A stretch of 64,000 nt of DNA, from the NCBI GenBank assembly GCA_030390025.1, contig CM059431.1:114888001-114952000 (forward strand), given 5' to 3'. The translations under genes and the position numbers were made by a program. Position 1 is the stretch's first letter. Every line of letters starts with the position of its first letter. Shown here one piece after another: positions 62,722 through 64,000 of the stretch. Below the pieces are notes generated by a model. It had not been told where the DNA came from. It saw only the letters and a program-made list of their open reading frames with translations, and did not search any database. The DNA comes from Squalus acanthias. Lineage: Eukaryota.

Positions 62722-64000
62722 TTATTCTTGGAATATGAGCATCACTAGCAAGGCAGCATTTATTGCCCATCCCTAGTTGCCCTTGAGAAGGTGGTGATGA
62801 GCTGCCTTCTTAAACCGCTGCAATCCATGTGGTGAAGGTACTCCCACAGTGCTGTTAGGGAGGGAGTCCCAGGATTTTGACCCAGCTACGATGAAGGAAC
62901 GGCAATACATGACCAAGTCAGGATGGTGTGTGACTTGGAGGGGAACCTGGAAGTGATGGTATTCGCATGTGCCTGCTGCCCTTTTCCTTTTAGGTGGTGG
63001 AGGTCGCGGGTTTGGGAGTTGCTTTTGAAGAAGCCTTGGCGAGTTGCTGCCGTGCATCCTGTAGATAGCGTACACTGCAGCCGCTGAATGCTGGTGGTGG
63101 AGGGAGTGGATATTTAAGGTGGTGGATAGGCTGCTGATCAAGCAGACTGCTTTATCCTGGATGATGTTGAGCTTCTTGAGTGTTTTTGCAGCTGCACCTA
63201 TCCAGATAAGTGGAGAGTATTCCATCACACTCCTGACTTGTGCCCTGTAGGTAGTGGAGAGGTTTTGGGTAGTCAAGCGGTGAGCCATTCGCTGCAGAAT
63301 ACCCAGCATCTAACCTGCTCTAGTAACCATAACATTTATGTGGCTGGTCCAATTGAGTTTCTGGTCAGTGGTGACCCCAGGTTACTGATGGTGAACGATT
63401 TGGCGCTGGTGTTTAAATTCTCTCTTGTTGGAGATGGTCATTGCCTGGCAGTTGTGTGGTGTGAATGTTTACTTGCCACTTTTCAGCCTAAGTCTGGATG
63501 TTGTCCAGGTCTTGCTGCATGCAGATATGGACTGCTTCATAATCTTACGAATTGGGAATGGAACTGAACACTGTGCAAACAGCCCCACTTCTGACCTTGT
63601 GGTGTAGGGAAGGACATTGATGAAGGGGATGAAGATAATTGGGCCTAGGTCCTGAGGAACTCCTGCAGCGATGTCGTGGGGCTGCGATGATTGGCCTCCA
63701 ACAACCACAACCATCTTCCTTTGTTCTAGGTATGACTCCAGTCACTGGAGAGCTTTCCCCCTGATCCCCATTGACTTCAGTTTTACTAGGGCTCCTTTGT
63801 GCCACACTTGATCGAATGCGGCACACTTATCGGGTAGATATCAGTGAGCAGGTTATTTGTGAGTAAGTACCGCTTGATAGCACTGTTGTTGACTCCTTCC
63901 ATCACTTTGTTGATGATTGAGAGTAGGTTGTTGAGGCGGTAATTGGCTGGGCTGGATTTGTCCTGTTTTTTGTGGTCAGGACATACCTGAGTAATTTTCC
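62722..64000 (-). mobile_element. LINE of the CR1/L2 group, distinct family, RT C-terminus and 3' end (runs off the window)
   Basis: AGVPQD, TYRAQVRSVMEYSPLIW...IQDKAVCLI...SWDSLP...FKKAAHHHLLKGN*. Confidence 0.88.

Overview
Vertebrate genomic DNA, almost certainly a cartilaginous fish (shark), judged from its repeat content (CR1/HER1-like and L2 LINEs, SacSINE1-like DeuSINE, HE1-like V-SINE). The only host gene I can support is the 3' end of NDFIP2: the last coding exon at 2322-2427 (missed by the ORF track) and a probable 3'UTR exon from 5903. The rest is repeat-rich intergenic DNA. It holds one complete but dead two-gene PIF/Harbinger transposon (29191-33298), three transposase-deleted Harbinger derivatives that keep Myb/SANT gene remnants, many Harbinger-type MITEs, a 1355-bp solo LTR, nested L2/CR1 fragments and four SINE families. 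The most unusual object is a 306-bp Penelope-derived fold-back insertion (17303-17608) with a 12-bp TSD, 119-bp perfect inverted arms and an intact minimal hammerhead ribozyme motif on each strand. Most ORFs in the track are retroelement or transposon remnants, or spurious. Family names come from my recognition of the sequences, not from database searches.
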